This document shows positions 1 through 12,622 of a stretch of DNA of 64,000 nt, one piece after another. Both the position numbers and the translations under genes were made by a program. Source of the stretch: Escherichia coli (lineage in GTDB: Bacteria > Pseudomonadota > Gammaproteobacteria > Enterobacterales > Enterobacteriaceae); NCBI RefSeq assembly GCF_003334335.1, contig NZ_QOWQ01000023.1; one strand, given 5' to 3'. Position 1 is the stretch's first letter; each line of letters starts with the position of its first letter. The notes beneath the pieces were generated by a model. It was not told the DNA's origin, made no database searches, and worked only from the letters and a program-made list of their open reading frames with translations.

Positions 1-1383
1 AATCAAATGACTGGTTTTGTGGGTGGTCAGCGTTTCAACAAACGATTTGTCGATTTTCAAAATATCGACATTCAATGATTTAAGGTTATGCAAGTTAGAG
101 TAGCCAATACCAAAATCATCAATTGCCACTTCGTAACCTGCCTGGCGGAAAGCCAGAATAATCGGCGTCATTTTGTCAACATCAAGAAATGCATGCTCAG
201 TCACTTCAAATTTAATTTGCTGCGGACGCACCGCGTATTGCTCTGTTTTCTGATTGATTCGCGCTATCAACCGTGACGTATGAAAATCGGAGGCCGACAG
301 GTTAATAGAAACATAGCGATCTGCATGTGTTGCCAGGTAATCGCCCAGATCGCGGAAGACATTATCAATAACATAATCAGTTATCTGTTCTATCATCCCC
401 TCCTTTTCTGCCAGCGGAATAAACTCTGCCGGATTCATTATTTGCCCCTGCTCACCAGGCCAACGTAACAACGCTTCAGCGCCGATACATTTTTCTGTTT
501 TGATATCGATTATTGGCTGGTAATAAAGACAAAGTTGATGTTTTTCGAGGGCGCGTTGCAATTTACGTTTGGGAGATAAATAGTTTTGTCGAATACGTAG
601 CCAGAGTAATAGCAGAACAAGACTCCCCAAAATACCGGCGGGCAACGCAAAAATAAGATGATTATAAAAATGGGTTATAAGACGTTGATATGAAGTCGCA
701 ACAATGGCTGCAATTGGGCGTTTTGTCGAATAAACTGTCGCATATAAATAGCCATTTCTTTGTACGGTTAAATCCTTCAAATGAATCAGCGGAGAAAACG
801 TTGCTGCCGAGGCCTCTTTGCTTAACGAGAAAAAGGTTTTCGTCACCGTATCATACACACCCCATTGCAATGTCGGGTCATCAGACATCACTTCACTCCA
901 GAAGAGAGGGTTGATAACCGCCACATAATTTCCCCGCTGCATATAGGTCATTTTATAGCCAGAGAAAAAAGGCGTATCGCGGTAATAATAGATAGAAACG
1001 TTAGGTTCACGCTTATAATCGGCCGGTGCAATCGTATAGCCGTTTACAGGCGCTATCAGCGATGAGCATAAAAAATGGTTATCACGGGCATAGATCAATT
1101 CATTAATATAAAGATAGCCACGAATAATATTCAACATTCGCTTTTGATGGGCTGGAGTGCAAACTTGCCCCTGATAGCGTTCAGCTGCATCGCTCACTAA
1201 ATCTGCCTGGCGAATGACCAGCTCGGATTTATCCAGTGCCAGTTGAGCAAAGGTTCGGAGCTGATTATTCACTTCTGATTTTGCCCAAAGGAAGGCAATC
1301 CATAGCGAAAGAATGATGGGAAAGAGAACTAAAAAGATAATGCCCGGCAACGCCAGTAATTGGTGTCGTGCACGATGACTCAT
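1..1383 (-). CDS. pdeC: c-di-GMP phosphodiesterase PdeC (YjcC), CSS-motif sensor plus EAL domain; C-terminus cut by window edge
   Basis: ATG at rc(1381..1383); hand translation [19 protein letters not shown]... runs open to position 1; EAL-type motifs ([14 protein letters not shown]) visible. Confidence 0.85.
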
Positions 1384-1812
1384 TGCTATCAATTTCCTGC
1401 CTGTTTATACCCGGCCATTGCAAGGTGAAAACCCTGGGTACCGACGTCTTTAGATAAATCTTACGGTATAAATAGCACTTTTGCCTGATTTGAAATTGAT
1501 ACCTTTCTAATCGTCACCTGGATGAAAATAATTCATTGATATTCAAAATTAATTTCCTACAGGAATGCAGAGGCGGCGGGAAGATATGCCCTTAATGCCA
1601 CTGAAAAACCACATAATCTGTACAGCAATAAAAGTCACGGCCTAATATGGCTAACAAACAATCAATTGTGATATAGTTCACAAAATTAATGAAACAAACA
1701 GAGTGTTTCATTTTTGTGTTCTGCAAGCCCCGCGATAGCCAGAGTGTACCACGCCTCCCGTGAACAACGCCGCGCTGTCCAGGGCATCGGCTCTTTTCAG
1801 AGGAATTGTTTG

Positions 1813-2094
1813 ATGGCTACCCTCACCACTGGCGTGGTTCTTCTTCGCTGGCAACTTCTTAGTGCCGTAATGATGTTTCTGGCCAGCACACTCAACATCC
1901 GTTTTCGTCGGTCTGATTATGTCGGGCTTGCGGTGATCAGCAGCGGTCTGGGCGTTGTTTCCGCCTGTTGGTTCGCAATGGGGTTGCTTGGCATCACAAT
2001 GGCGGACATCACCGCTATCTGGCACAACATCGAGTCGGTGATGATAGAAGAGATGAATCAGACACCGCCACAATGGCCAATGATTTTGACCTGA
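1813..2094 (+). CDS. yjcB: small inner-membrane protein YjcB (93 aa)
   Basis: Internal ATG of ORF 1714..2094 giving MATLTTGVVLLRWQLL...; hydrophobic. Confidence 0.75.
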   Translation: MATLTTGVVLLRWQLLSAVMMFLASTLNIRFRRSDYVGLAVISSGLGVVSACWFAMGLLGITMADITAIWHNIESVMIEEMNQTPPQWPMILT

Positions 2095-2100
2095 TACGTA

Positions 2101-2129
2101 GAAGCCTCCATAACGGAGGCTTCTTTTTT
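2101..2129 (+). terminator. intrinsic terminator after yjcB
   Basis: GAAGCCTCC-ATAAC-GGAGGCTTC stem-loop followed by TTTTTT. Confidence 0.8.
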
Positions 2130-2192
2130 ATGGCTGGCAGATGCTTTAATCATCCACCTTAAAACAATATAACCTATTGTTTTAATGACAAA

Positions 2193-2729
2193 TCAGAACG
2201 GAATGTCATCATCAAAGTCCATCGGCGGCTCGTTAGACGGCGCTGCCGGAGCGGACTGCTGCGGGCGAGACTGCGCGCCGCCGCTGAACTGATTGCCACC
2301 CTGCGGCTGCTGAGGCTGACCCCAACCGCCCTGCGGCTGACCACCACCGATATTGCCACCTGCCGGAGCGCCACCACCCTGACGACCACCCAGCATCTGC
2401 ATGGTGCCGCCAACGTTCACCACGACTTCTGTGGTGTAGCGATCCTGACCGGATTGATCGGTCCATTTACGGGTACGCAGCTGACCTTCGATATAAACCT
2501 GAGAACCTTTACGCAGATATTCGCTCGCCACTTCTGCCAGTTTGCCGAACAGCACAACGCGGTGCCATTCAGTCTGTTCTTTCATCTCGCCGGTCGCTTT
2601 ATCACGCCAGGATTCGGAAGTAGCCAGCGTAATGTTGGCAACTGCGCCACCATTTGGCATGTAGCGTACTTCCGGGTCCTGACCCAGATTACCAACGAGA
2701 ATAACCTTGTTTACGCCTCTGCTGGCCAT
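2193..2729 (-). CDS. ssb: single-stranded DNA-binding protein SSB (178 aa)
   Basis: [28 protein letters not shown]... with Gly/Gln-rich tail ending DDDIPF; ATG at rc(2727..2729). Confidence 0.95.
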   Translation of the reverse strand: MASRGVNKVILVGNLGQDPEVRYMPNGGAVANITLATSESWRDKATGEMKEQTEWHRVVLFGKLAEVASEYLRKGSQVYIEGQLRTRKWTDQSGQDRYTTEVVVNVGGTMQMLGGRQGGGAPAGGNIGGGQPQGGWGQPQQPQGGNQFSGGAQSRPQQSAPAAPSNEPPMDFDDDIPF

Positions 2730-2879
2730 GTTCGTGTCTCCTGAAAAAAATCGTTCTGAATAAGTGTAAACGCGCGATTGTACCATTACCAATAGCGCTT
2801 TTACTATGTTGTGACCTCGGTTCCGGGAAACAAACCTGGCCAGACATTGTTACACAACACTCCGGGTAATGCATTCCAA

Positions 2880-2899
2880 TACTGTATATTCATTCAGGT
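2880..2899. promoter_or_regulatory. LexA (SOS) box shared by divergent ssb and uvrA promoters
   Basis: TACTGTATATTCATTCAGGT fits CTGT-N8-ACAG. Confidence 0.85.
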
Positions 2900-2982
2900 C
2901 AATTTGTGTCATAATTAACCGTTTGTGATCGCCGGTAGCACCATGCCACCGGGCAAAAAAGCGTTTAATCCGGGAAAGGTGA

Positions 2983-5805
2983 ATGGATAAGATCGAAGTT
3001 CGGGGCGCCCGCACCCATAATCTCAAAAACATCAACCTCGTTATCCCCCGCGACAAGCTCATTGTCGTGACCGGGCTTTCGGGTTCTGGCAAATCCTCGC
3101 TCGCTTTCGACACCTTATATGCCGAAGGGCAGCGCCGTTACGTTGAATCCCTTTCCGCCTACGCGCGGCAGTTTCTGTCACTGATGGAAAAGCCGGACGT
3201 CGATCATATTGAGGGGCTTTCTCCTGCCATCTCAATTGAGCAGAAATCGACGTCTCATAACCCGCGTTCTACGGTGGGGACAATCACCGAAATCCACGAC
3301 TATTTGCGTTTGTTATTCGCCCGCGTTGGCGAGCCGCGCTGTCCGGACCACGACGTCCCGCTGGCGGCGCAAACCGTCAGCCAGATGGTGGATAACGTGC
3401 TGTCGCAGCCGGAAGGCAAGCGTCTGATGCTACTCGCGCCAATCATTAAAGAGCGCAAAGGCGAACACACCAAAACGCTGGAGAACCTGGCAAGCCAGGG
3501 CTACATCCGTGCTCGTATTGATGGCGAAGTCTGCGATCTTTCCGATCCGCCAAAACTGGAACTGCAAAAGAAACATACCATTGAAGTGGTGGTTGATCGC
3601 TTCAAGGTGCGTGACGATCTTACCCAACGTCTTGCCGAGTCATTTGAAACCGCGCTGGAGCTTTCCGGTGGTACCGCGGTAGTGGCGGATATGGACGACC
3701 CGAAAGCGGAAGAGCTGCTGTTCTCCGCCAACTTCGCCTGCCCAATTTGCGGCTACAGTATGCGTGAACTGGAGCCGCGACTGTTTTCGTTTAACAACCC
3801 GGCGGGGGCCTGCCCGACCTGCGACGGCCTTGGCGTACAGCAATATTTCGATCCTGATCGAGTGATCCAGAATCCGGAACTGTCGCTGGCTGGTGGTGCG
3901 ATCCGTGGCTGGGATCGCCGCAACTTCTATTATTTCCAGATGCTGAAATCGCTGGCAGATCACTATAAGTTCGACGTCGAAGCGCCGTGGGGCAGCCTGA
4001 GCGCGAACGTGCATAAAGTGGTGTTGTACGGTTCTGGCAAAGAAAACATTGAATTCAAATACATGAACGATCGTGGCGATACCTCCATTCGTCGTCATCC
4101 GTTCGAAGGCGTGCTGCATAATATGGAGCGCCGCTATAAAGAGACGGAATCCAGCGCGGTACGCGAAGAATTAGCCAAGTTTATCAGTAATCGTCCGTGC
4201 GCCAGCTGCGAAGGGACGCGTCTGCGTCGGGAAGCGCGCCACGTGTATGTCGAGAATACGCCGCTGCCTGCTATCTCCGACATGAGCATTGGTCATGCGA
4301 TGGAATTCTTCAACAATCTCAAACTCGCAGGTCAGCGGGCGAAGATTGCAGAAAAAATCCTTAAAGAGATCGGCGATCGTCTGAAATTCCTCGTTAACGT
4401 CGGCCTGAATTACCTGACGCTTTCCCGCTCGGCAGAAACGCTTTCTGGCGGTGAAGCACAGCGTATCCGTCTGGCGAGCCAGATTGGTGCGGGCCTGGTT
4501 GGCGTTATGTACGTGCTGGACGAGCCGTCTATCGGCCTGCACCAGCGTGATAACGAGCGCCTGTTGGGTACGCTTATCCATCTGCGCGATCTCGGTAATA
4601 CCGTGATTGTGGTGGAGCACGACGAAGACGCAATTCGCGCCGCTGACCATGTGATCGACATTGGCCCGGGCGCAGGTGTTCACGGCGGTGAAGTGGTCGC
4701 AGAAGGTCCGCTGGAAGCGATTATGGCGGTGCCGGAGTCGTTGACCGGGCAGTACATGAGCGGCAAACGCAAGATTGAAGTGCCGAAGAAACGCGTTCCG
4801 GCGAATCCGGAAAAAGTGCTGAAGCTGACAGGCGCACGCGGCAACAACCTGAAGGACGTGACGCTGACGCTGCCGGTGGGTCTGTTTACCTGCATCACCG
4901 GGGTTTCAGGTTCCGGTAAATCGACGCTGATTAACGACACACTGTTCCCGATTGCCCAACGCCAGTTGAATGGGGCGACCATCGCCGAACCAGCACCGTA
5001 TCGCGATATTCAGGGGCTGGAGCATTTCGATAAAGTGATCGATATCGACCAAAGCCCAATTGGTCGTACTCCACGTTCTAACCCGGCGACCTATACCGGC
5101 GTGTTTACGCCTGTGCGCGAACTGTTTGCGGGCGTACCGGAATCCCGTGCGCGCGGCTATACGCCGGGACGTTTCAGCTTTAACGTTCGTGGCGGACGCT
5201 GCGAGGCCTGTCAGGGCGATGGCGTGATCAAAGTGGAGATGCACTTCCTGCCGGATATCTACGTGCCGTGCGACCAGTGCAAAGGTAAACGCTATAACCG
5301 TGAAACGCTGGAGATTAAGTACAAAGGCAAAACCATCCACGAAGTGCTGGATATGACCATCGAAGAGGCGCGTGAGTTCTTTGATGCCGTACCTGCACTG
5401 GCGCGTAAGCTGCAAACGTTGATGGACGTTGGCCTGACGTACATTCGACTGGGGCAGTCCGCAACCACCCTTTCAGGCGGTGAAGCCCAGCGCGTGAAGC
5501 TGGCGCGTGAACTGTCAAAACGCGGCACCGGGCAGACGCTGTATATTCTCGACGAGCCGACCACCGGTCTGCACTTCGCCGATATTCAGCAACTGCTCGA
5601 CGTACTGCATAAACTGCGCGATCAGGGCAACACCATTGTGGTGATTGAGCACAATCTCGACGTGATCAAAACCGCTGACTGGATTGTCGACCTGGGACCA
5701 GAAGGCGGCAGTGGTGGCGGCGAGATCCTCGTCTCCGGTACGCCAGAAACCGTCGCGGAGTGCGAAGCATCACACACGGCACGCTTCCTTAAGCCGATGC
5801 TGTAA
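2983..5805 (+). CDS. uvrA: excinuclease ABC subunit A UvrA (940 aa)
   Basis: Full-length ORF; two ABC ATPase modules ([18 protein letters not shown]) and zinc-finger cysteines. Confidence 0.97.
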   Translation: MDKIEVRGARTHNLKNINLVIPRDKLIVVTGLSGSGKSSLAFDTLYAEGQRRYVESLSAYARQFLSLMEKPDVDHIEGLSPAISIEQKSTSHNPRSTVGTITEIHDYLRLLFARVGEPRCPDHDVPLAAQTVSQMVDNVLSQPEGKRLMLLAPIIKERKGEHTKTLENLASQGYIRARIDGEVCDLSDPPKLELQKKHTIEVVVDRFKVRDDLTQRLAESFETALELSGGTAVVADMDDPKAEELLFSANFACPICGYSMRELEPRLFSFNNPAGACPTCDGLGVQQYFDPDRVIQNPELSLAGGAIRGWDRRNFYYFQMLKSLADHYKFDVEAPWGSLSANVHKVVLYGSGKENIEFKYMNDRGDTSIRRHPFEGVLHNMERRYKETESSAVREELAKFISNRPCASCEGTRLRREARHVYVENTPLPAISDMSIGHAMEFFNNLKLAGQRAKIAEKILKEIGDRLKFLVNVGLNYLTLSRSAETLSGGEAQRIRLASQIGAGLVGVMYVLDEPSIGLHQRDNERLLGTLIHLRDLGNTVIVVEHDEDAIRAADHVIDIGPGAGVHGGEVVAEGPLEAIMAVPESLTGQYMSGKRKIEVPKKRVPANPEKVLKLTGARGNNLKDVTLTLPVGLFTCITGVSGSGKSTLINDTLFPIAQRQLNGATIAEPAPYRDIQGLEHFDKVIDIDQSPIGRTPRSNPATYTGVFTPVRELFAGVPESRARGYTPGRFSFNVRGGRCEACQGDGVIKVEMHFLPDIYVPCDQCKGKRYNRETLEIKYKGKTIHEVLDMTIEEAREFFDAVPALARKLQTLMDVGLTYIRLGQSATTLSGGEAQRVKLARELSKRGTGQTLYILDEPTTGLHFADIQQLLDVLHKLRDQGNTIVVIEHNLDVIKTADWIVDLGPEGGSGGGEILVSGTPETVAECEASHTARFLKPML

Positions 5806-5810
5806 TCGTT

Positions 5811-5838
5811 AAGGCCGCTTTCTGAGCGGCCTTTTCCT
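5811..5838 (+). terminator. intrinsic terminator after uvrA (between convergent uvrA and yjbR)
   Basis: AAGGCCGCT-TTCTG-AGCGGCCTT hairpin followed by TTCCTTT. Confidence 0.7.
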
Positions 5839-5839
5839 T

Positions 5840-6196
5840 TCAGAGTTGCACCAGCAATTTACGTTTTTCTTCCGGCAGTAAATTCACCGCCTGCTGATAA
5901 GACGCATCCACCAGATAATAGATTTGCGAATCTGGCAGCGAACCGTCGAGATACACGGTGCTCCAGTGCGCTTTATTCAGATGGCGGCTTGGACGCACAT
6001 CGCTGTGCTGCTGACGTAGCAGCTCCGCCAGCTCCGGGCTGGTTTTCAGCGAAACAGCTGGGCGATTTTCTACTTCTTTCACCATCGCAAACAGTACATC
6101 TTCCACTTTGATCTGCGTCGCTTTCCAGTCATTATGCACGCTCTGTTCTGCGCCTGGTTTTGCCATGCAATATTGTAGCAACTCCGAAATGGTCAT
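5840..6196 (-). CDS. yjbR: YjbR (MmcQ/YjbR family) protein, 118 aa
   Basis: ORF MTISELLQYCMAKPGAEQSV...; start overlaps yjbQ stop region. Confidence 0.85.
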   Translation of the reverse strand: MTISELLQYCMAKPGAEQSVHNDWKATQIKVEDVLFAMVKEVENRPAVSLKTSPELAELLRQQHSDVRPSRHLNKAHWSTVYLDGSLPDSQIYYLVDASYQQAVNLLPEEKRKLLVQL

Positions 6197-6199
6197 TTT

Positions 6200-6616
6200 T
6201 TACTCCCCTTGTAGTGTCGCGATGATGCGACGCGATCCGCCGTGGATGCGATGTTCCCCCAGCCAAATGCCTTGCCAGGTGCCGGTCTGAATACGCCCTT
6301 TATGCACCGGCAATACAAGCGATGTTCCCAGCATTGAGGATTTGATATGAGAAGGCATATCGTCTGCTCCCTCATAGTCATGCTCATAATTTCCGTTGTC
6401 GGGAACGGTGCGGAGGAAAAAACGCTCCATGTCGTGGCGTACGGTGGGATCGCAGTTCTCATTAAGTGTCAGAGAGGCGGAGGTATGTTGCAGCAACAGA
6501 TGCAGTAAGCCGATGTTAACGCGCGGCATATCAGCCAGCTGATTCAGAATTTCATCCGTTACCAGATGAAACCCACGAGATTTGGCGCTAAGCGTGAGCG
6601 TCTTTTGATACCACAT
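6200..6616 (-). CDS. yjbQ: YjbQ (UPF0047 family) protein, 138 aa
   Basis: [26 protein letters not shown]... Confidence 0.85.
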
Positions 6617-6698
6617 GTGCTGCTCCTTGATAAAACTCTCTTAATCAGTTTGCAGCAAGACAGCGAAAGGATAAAGGTGTGATTAAAAAAACAGCATT

Positions 6699-6721
6699 CG
6701 GGAGAGCATCACGCTCTCCCG
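6699..6721 (-). terminator. candidate hairpin terminator downstream of aphA
   Basis: CGGGAGAGC-ATCAC-GCTCTCCCG palindrome; T-run on minus strand is displaced by about 7 nt, so non-canonical. Confidence 0.4.
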
Positions 6722-6726
6722 CTCTG

Positions 6727-7719
<993 letters not shown>

Positions 7720-7841
7720 TTAATGAACTTAATGATACAGCATTACAAAAACAATCGAAGTTTATAAAGATGATTTCTGATTGACCAGCCCCCTACCCTA
7801 CAATGGTGATTAATTTTATTACTCGCGATGGAGATGATGAT

Positions 7842-8045
7842 ATGAATATATCATATGTGAATAGCAACAAAACGACATCTTTACCTGTTGAGCTAGATGC
7901 ACTAAATAATAAAGATATCTCTTATGCCAAAGATTTCTTTTTATACATAGAAACACAGTTAAAAATTGCAAAAGATTTTTTAGACCTGGAGAAGAAGTAT
8001 CAAGTTCTATTGCAAGTAAAGTTTTTCACGCATTTATTGATTTAG
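7842..8045 (+). CDS. yjbS: small uncharacterised protein YjbS (67 aa)
   Basis: MNISYVNSNKTTSLPVELDALNNK...; AT-rich; coding status weak. Confidence 0.5.
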   Translation: MNISYVNSNKTTSLPVELDALNNKDISYAKDFFLYIETQLKIAKDFLDLEKKYQVLLQVKFFTHLLI

Positions 8046-8513
8046 TTAACAAAATCAGGGGTAAGAAAGACTTTATGTATATTTGCACGCTTTGCTGTTT
8101 TGCCGAGGAGGTTAAAGGTGATTATTCTCATTACAGGACCTTTTTATTTGATATTGGTAATCAATATAAGGTTAAACTTACACAAAGCGGAAAAAAGAGT
8201 TCTCTTTAACATTAGAATTTAACGATACTATAATTGAATCTCAGAAAGTCACAGGCAATAAGGCAAAGCATATTCTTGAGGATATAGAAATATTCTATCG
8301 TAACAAACCCGATACTTATTATTAAATTTAATAATGGTTAGATGTGCAGAAATTATTACTCCACCCAAAAAAACAGGATAAGGAATTCCAGATAATTGGG
8401 ATAAGCTTAACAATAAAAGAACTAACAACGTTTATTATCTCTCACGTAGAACGATGGCATCAAAAAAATCATCTATAAAGAAAGAGTGAAAGCGACGACA
8501 GTTTAATTTCACT

Positions 8514-8537
8514 GCAGGCTGGGTAGCTCCAGCCTGC
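8514..8537 (-). terminator. hairpin downstream of tyrB
   Basis: GCAGGCTGG-GTAGCT-CCAGCCTGC perfect 9-bp stem just 3' of tyrB stop; weak U-tract. Confidence 0.55.
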
Positions 8538-8546
8538 TTTCCTGCA

Positions 8547-9740
8547 TTACATCACCGCAGCAAACGCCTTTGCCACACGTTGTACATTTGCCGTATTTAA
8601 CCCGGCGACACACATGCGACCGCTGGCGATGAGATAGACACCAAATTCTTCACGTAGTCGGTCAACCTGAGCGGCACTTAAACCGGTATAACTGAACATG
8701 CCGCGCTGATTAAGCAGATAATCGAAATTGCGTTCTGGCATCTCTGTGCTTAATACCTTCACCAATTCCTGACGCATTGCCAGAATGCGAGTACGCATCT
8801 CTTCTACTTCCGCCAGCCAGCTGGCTTTCAATGCCTCGTCATTCAGCACTGCAGCCACCACCTGCGCACCAAAATTCGGCGGGCTGGAGTAGTTGCGGCG
8901 AACTGTTGCTTTCAATTGCCCCAGTACGCGGCCAGCGGCTTCGGCATCTTCACACATAACAGAAAGTCCGCCGACGCGCTCGCCGTAAAGGGAGAAAATT
9001 TTCGAGAACGAATTGCTCACCAGAGCGGGTAATCCAGCGCTGGCAATGGCGCGAATAGCGTAGGCATCCTCTTCCATACCGGCACCAAATCCTTGATAGG
9101 CAATATCGAGGAATGGAATAAGCTCGCGGGCTTTGAGAATTTCAATCACCGCATCCCACTGATCATTAGTGAGATCGGCACCCGTTGGGTTGTGGCAACA
9201 TGGATGCAGCAACACAATACTGCGGGCAGGTAATGTTTTCAGCGTCGCCAACAGGTCATTAAAGCGCACGCCGTTAGTCGCTTCGTCATACCAGGGGTAA
9301 GTACTCACTTCGAATCCAGCCCCGGCGAATATTGCTACGTGGTTTTCCCAGGTAGGATCGCTGACCCAGACGCCTGATTCCGGGAAGTAGCGTTTCAGGA
9401 AATCCGCGCCCACTTTCAATGCCCCGGAGCCGCCAAGGGTTTGAATGGTTGCTACGCGCTGTTGTTTCAGTACCGGATGGTCCGCACCAAACAGCAGCGG
9501 CGCAATGGCATGGCGATAGCAGTTAAGCCCTTCCATCGGTAAATAAAGCGAAGCGCCATGAGGCTGCGCATTCAGGCGCGCTTCCGCCTCCGCCACGGCT
9601 TGCAGTTGTGGAATAATTCCGTCTTCGTTGTAGTACAGACCGATACTTAAATTCACTTTGTCGCTGCGAGGGTCTTCTTTAAAACGCTCCATAAGCGTAA
9701 GAATCGGGTCGCCAGCGTAGGCGTCAACTTTTTGAAACAC
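8547..9740 (-). CDS. tyrB: aromatic-amino-acid aminotransferase TyrB (397 aa)
   Basis: GTG start at rc(9738..9740) giving (M)[19 protein letters not shown]...; PLP lysine context [14 protein letters not shown]. Confidence 0.93.
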   Translation of the reverse strand: MFQKVDAYAGDPILTLMERFKEDPRSDKVNLSIGLYYNEDGIIPQLQAVAEAEARLNAQPHGASLYLPMEGLNCYRHAIAPLLFGADHPVLKQQRVATIQTLGGSGALKVGADFLKRYFPESGVWVSDPTWENHVAIFAGAGFEVSTYPWYDEATNGVRFNDLLATLKTLPARSIVLLHPCCHNPTGADLTNDQWDAVIEILKARELIPFLDIAYQGFGAGMEEDAYAIRAIASAGLPALVSNSFSKIFSLYGERVGGLSVMCEDAEAAGRVLGQLKATVRRNYSSPPNFGAQVVAAVLNDEALKASWLAEVEEMRTRILAMRQELVKVLSTEMPERNFDYLLNQRGMFSYTGLSAAQVDRLREEFGVYLIASGRMCVAGLNTANVQRVAKAFAAVM

Positions 9741-9936
9741 GCGATGGTTCTCCAGGTTTACGGGCAGGTGGTTAAAACACAATAAACCGGAAGAAGGCGA
9801 AGATCGAGTGGATGTTCAGGAGCGAACGGCAATTAGCAACAGAGTGAGACTCATGACAAACGTACATCCGCCAGAGGCACGACCTTTATAAGAGCATGAA
9901 AGAACATCAACTTATTGAATTTTTAGGATTTTATTG

Positions 9937-9966
9937 GCCGGATAAGGCATTCACGCCGCATCCGGC
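9937..9966. repeat. REP (repetitive extragenic palindrome) unit between alr and tyrB
   Basis: GCCGGATAAGGCATTCACGCCGCATCCGGC. Confidence 0.85.
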
Positions 9967-9992
9967 ACAGACAATCAAATATTACAGAACGA

Positions 9993-11072
9993 TTAATCCA
10001 CGTATTTCATCGCGACCCTTGAAGTCAGGCGCGTAATAAGTTCGTAAGCGCTTACTTTCGTCATTTCAGCGATACGTTCTACGGGCAAACCTTCGCCCCA
10101 TAAAATGACCGGATCCCCGGCTTTGTCCTGCGCCTGTGGACCTAAGTCTACGCAGATCATATCCATCGCCACGCGCCCGACAATCGGTACTTCGCGACCG
10201 TTCACCAGCACTGGCGTACCGGACGGCGCGGCGCGCGGATAACCATCGCCATAGCCCATCGCGACTACGCCAAGACGGGTATCACGTTCGCTTACCCAGG
10301 TTCCACCATAACCAACAGGCTCTCCGGCTTTATGCTCACGCACGGCAATCAGGCTGGAGGTTAGTGACATCACTGGCTGACAGCCAAAATCGGCACCGGT
10401 GGAGCGATCTTCCAGCGGCGAGACGCCATAAAGAATGATGCCCGGGCGCACCCAGTCAAAATGCGACTGTGGCCACAGCAGAATGCCACCCGACGCGGCA
10501 ATGGAACGTTGACCAGGTTTGCCTTCGCAAAAGGTATTAAAGATAGCGAGTTGTTTCTCGGTTGCGCCACATTTTGGTTCATCCGCGCGCGCAAAATGGC
10601 TGACGATATTCACCGGCTGACGAACGTTTTTGCACTGGGTCAGGCGATGATAAAACGCCTCAGCCTGTTCCGGCCTTACGCCCAGACGGTGCATACCGGT
10701 ATCGAGTTTCATCCAGACGGTAACCGGCTCGTCCAGGCTAGCCTCTTCCAGCGCAGCCAGCTGTTCTTCGTTATGCACGGCGGTATGAAAATGTTGCGCA
10801 GAAATCGTCGGCAGATCTCTGGCATCAAAAAAGCCTTCGAGTAACAGTACAGGTTTGGTGATTCCCCCCGCACGCAGTCGCAGAGCTTCTTCGAGACGGG
10901 CTACGCCAAAGGCGTCAGCATCGGGGAGCGTTCGCGCGGTCTCAAGAAGACCGTGACCATAAGCGTTCGCTTTCACCACCGCAACCATTTTACTGGCAGG
11001 GGCCAGTTCACGAAGACGTTGCAGGTTGTGTCGCAGAGCGCGGCGGTTAATCACAACAGTTGCCGCTTGCAT
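9993..11072 (-). CDS. alr: alanine racemase Alr (359 aa)
   Basis: [20 protein letters not shown]...[13 protein letters not shown]-lysine motif. Confidence 0.95.
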
Positions 11073-11124
11073 TTGTGTTCCTTGATAAGTGTTTGCTTTA
11101 ATTACCTAATTCATAAAATAATTA

Positions 11125-12540
11125 TTATTCGTCGTCGTACTGCGGCCCCGCATAGTTGTCGAAGCGCGACCATTGACCGTTAAAGGTCAGGCGTACCGTC
11201 CCGATTGGGCCGTTACGTTGTTTACCGATAATAATTTCCGCGATGCCTTTTAAATCACTGTTTTCGTGATACACCTCATCACGATAGATAAACATGATCA
11301 AGTCCGCATCCTGCTCGATAGAGCCAGATTCACGCAGGTCGGAGTTGACCGGGCGTTTGTCGGCACGTTGTTCCAGAGAACGGTTCAACTGGGACAGCGC
11401 CACCACCGGCACGTTCAGTTCTTTCGCCAGTGCTTTCAGCGAGCGAGAGATTTCTGCAATTTCCAGCGTACGGTTATCGGAAAGCGCCGGTACGCGCATC
11501 AGTTGCAGGTAGTCGATCATGATAAGCCCGATGCCGCCGTGTTCACGGGCAATACGGCGTGCGCGGGAACGCACTTCCGTTGGCGTCAGGCCGGAGGAGT
11601 CATCGATATAGATATTGCGTTTTTCGAGCAAAATACCCATGGTGCCGGAAATGCGCGCCCAGTCTTCGTCATCGAGCTGCCCGGTACGGATTTTAGTCTG
11701 GTCAACGCGCGACAGCGACGCCAGAGAACGCATCATGATCTGTTCTGATGGCATCTCCAGCGAGAAGATAAGTACCGGTTTATCCTGCAACATCGCCGCG
11801 TTTTCGACGAGGTTCATCGCAAATGTTGTTTTACCCATCGACGGACGCGCGGCGACGATGATCAAATCCGACGGCTGCAAGCCAGCGGTTTTTTTGTTGA
11901 GATCGTCATAACCGGTGTTTACCCCGGTAACGCCATCGTGTGGCTGCTGAAACAACTGCTCAATACGCGCCACGGTTGCGTCGAGCACATCGGCGATGTT
12001 CTTCGGCCCTTCGTCTTTGTTCGCACGACTTTCGGCAATTTTAAAGACGCGGGATTCAGCCAGATCCAGCAGATCTTCGCTGGTACGCCCCTGCGGATCA
12101 AAACCAGCTTCGGCAATCTCATTCGCAACCGAGATCATCTCACGGACAACGGCACGTTCACGCACGATGTCCGCATAGGCACTGATGTTAGCCGCACTTG
12201 GCGTATTTTTTGACAGCTCTGCCAGATAAGCAAAACCACCGACGCTATCGAGTTGCCCCTGGCGTTCCAGCGATTCCGCAAGAGTAATCAGATCGATAGG
12301 GCTACCGCTTTCCTGCAAACGCGCCATTTCAGTAAAGATATGACGGTGTGGGCGGGTGTAAAAATCGTCTGCTACCACACGCTCGGCTACATCATCCCAG
12401 CGTTCGTTATCTAGCATTAAACCGCCCAACACCGACTGCTCCGCTTCGATCGAGTGCGGAGGCACTTTCAGCCCGGCAACTTGTGGATCGCGTTCGCGGG
12501 GTTCAGCCTGCTGTTTGTTGAAGGGTTTATTTCCTGCCAT
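11125..12540 (-). CDS. dnaB: replicative DNA helicase DnaB (471 aa)
   Basis: Full-length ORF; Walker A GKTTFAMNL; DnaB N- and C-domains. Confidence 0.97.
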   Translation of the reverse strand: MAGNKPFNKQQAEPRERDPQVAGLKVPPHSIEAEQSVLGGLMLDNERWDDVAERVVADDFYTRPHRHIFTEMARLQESGSPIDLITLAESLERQGQLDSVGGFAYLAELSKNTPSAANISAYADIVRERAVVREMISVANEIAEAGFDPQGRTSEDLLDLAESRVFKIAESRANKDEGPKNIADVLDATVARIEQLFQQPHDGVTGVNTGYDDLNKKTAGLQPSDLIIVAARPSMGKTTFAMNLVENAAMLQDKPVLIFSLEMPSEQIMMRSLASLSRVDQTKIRTGQLDDEDWARISGTMGILLEKRNIYIDDSSGLTPTEVRSRARRIAREHGGIGLIMIDYLQLMRVPALSDNRTLEIAEISRSLKALAKELNVPVVALSQLNRSLEQRADKRPVNSDLRESGSIEQDADLIMFIYRDEVYHENSDLKGIAEIIIGKQRNGPIGTVRLTFNGQWSRFDNYAGPQYDDE

Positions 12541-12622
12541 AGTGAATGGAGTTACCGAGATAAAGAATGGGTCGAAACTTTATCATATGAAGCAGACCCT
12601 GACGATACGTTCTGGAGGACAC

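Noticed and set aside
2193-2792. 199-aa extended ssb ORF, and similar N-terminally extended track ORFs for aphA, qor, pspG, zur, ubiC, malK, iclR, plsB, yjbG
   Set aside because: The extensions begin at alternative or upstream codons without an RBS; the recognised mature N-termini begin at internal ATG/GTG codons, which I used instead.
3640-4119. 159-aa ORF on the minus strand inside uvrA, and similar long antisense ORFs inside plsB (20895..21671), pgi (41498..42274), dinF (18226..18813), metH (50714..51721) and aceB (60080..61114)
   Set aside because: They lie wholly within well-supported genes on the opposite strand, have no RBS or promoter logic, and show the amino-acid bias typical of antisense frames of GC-rich genes.
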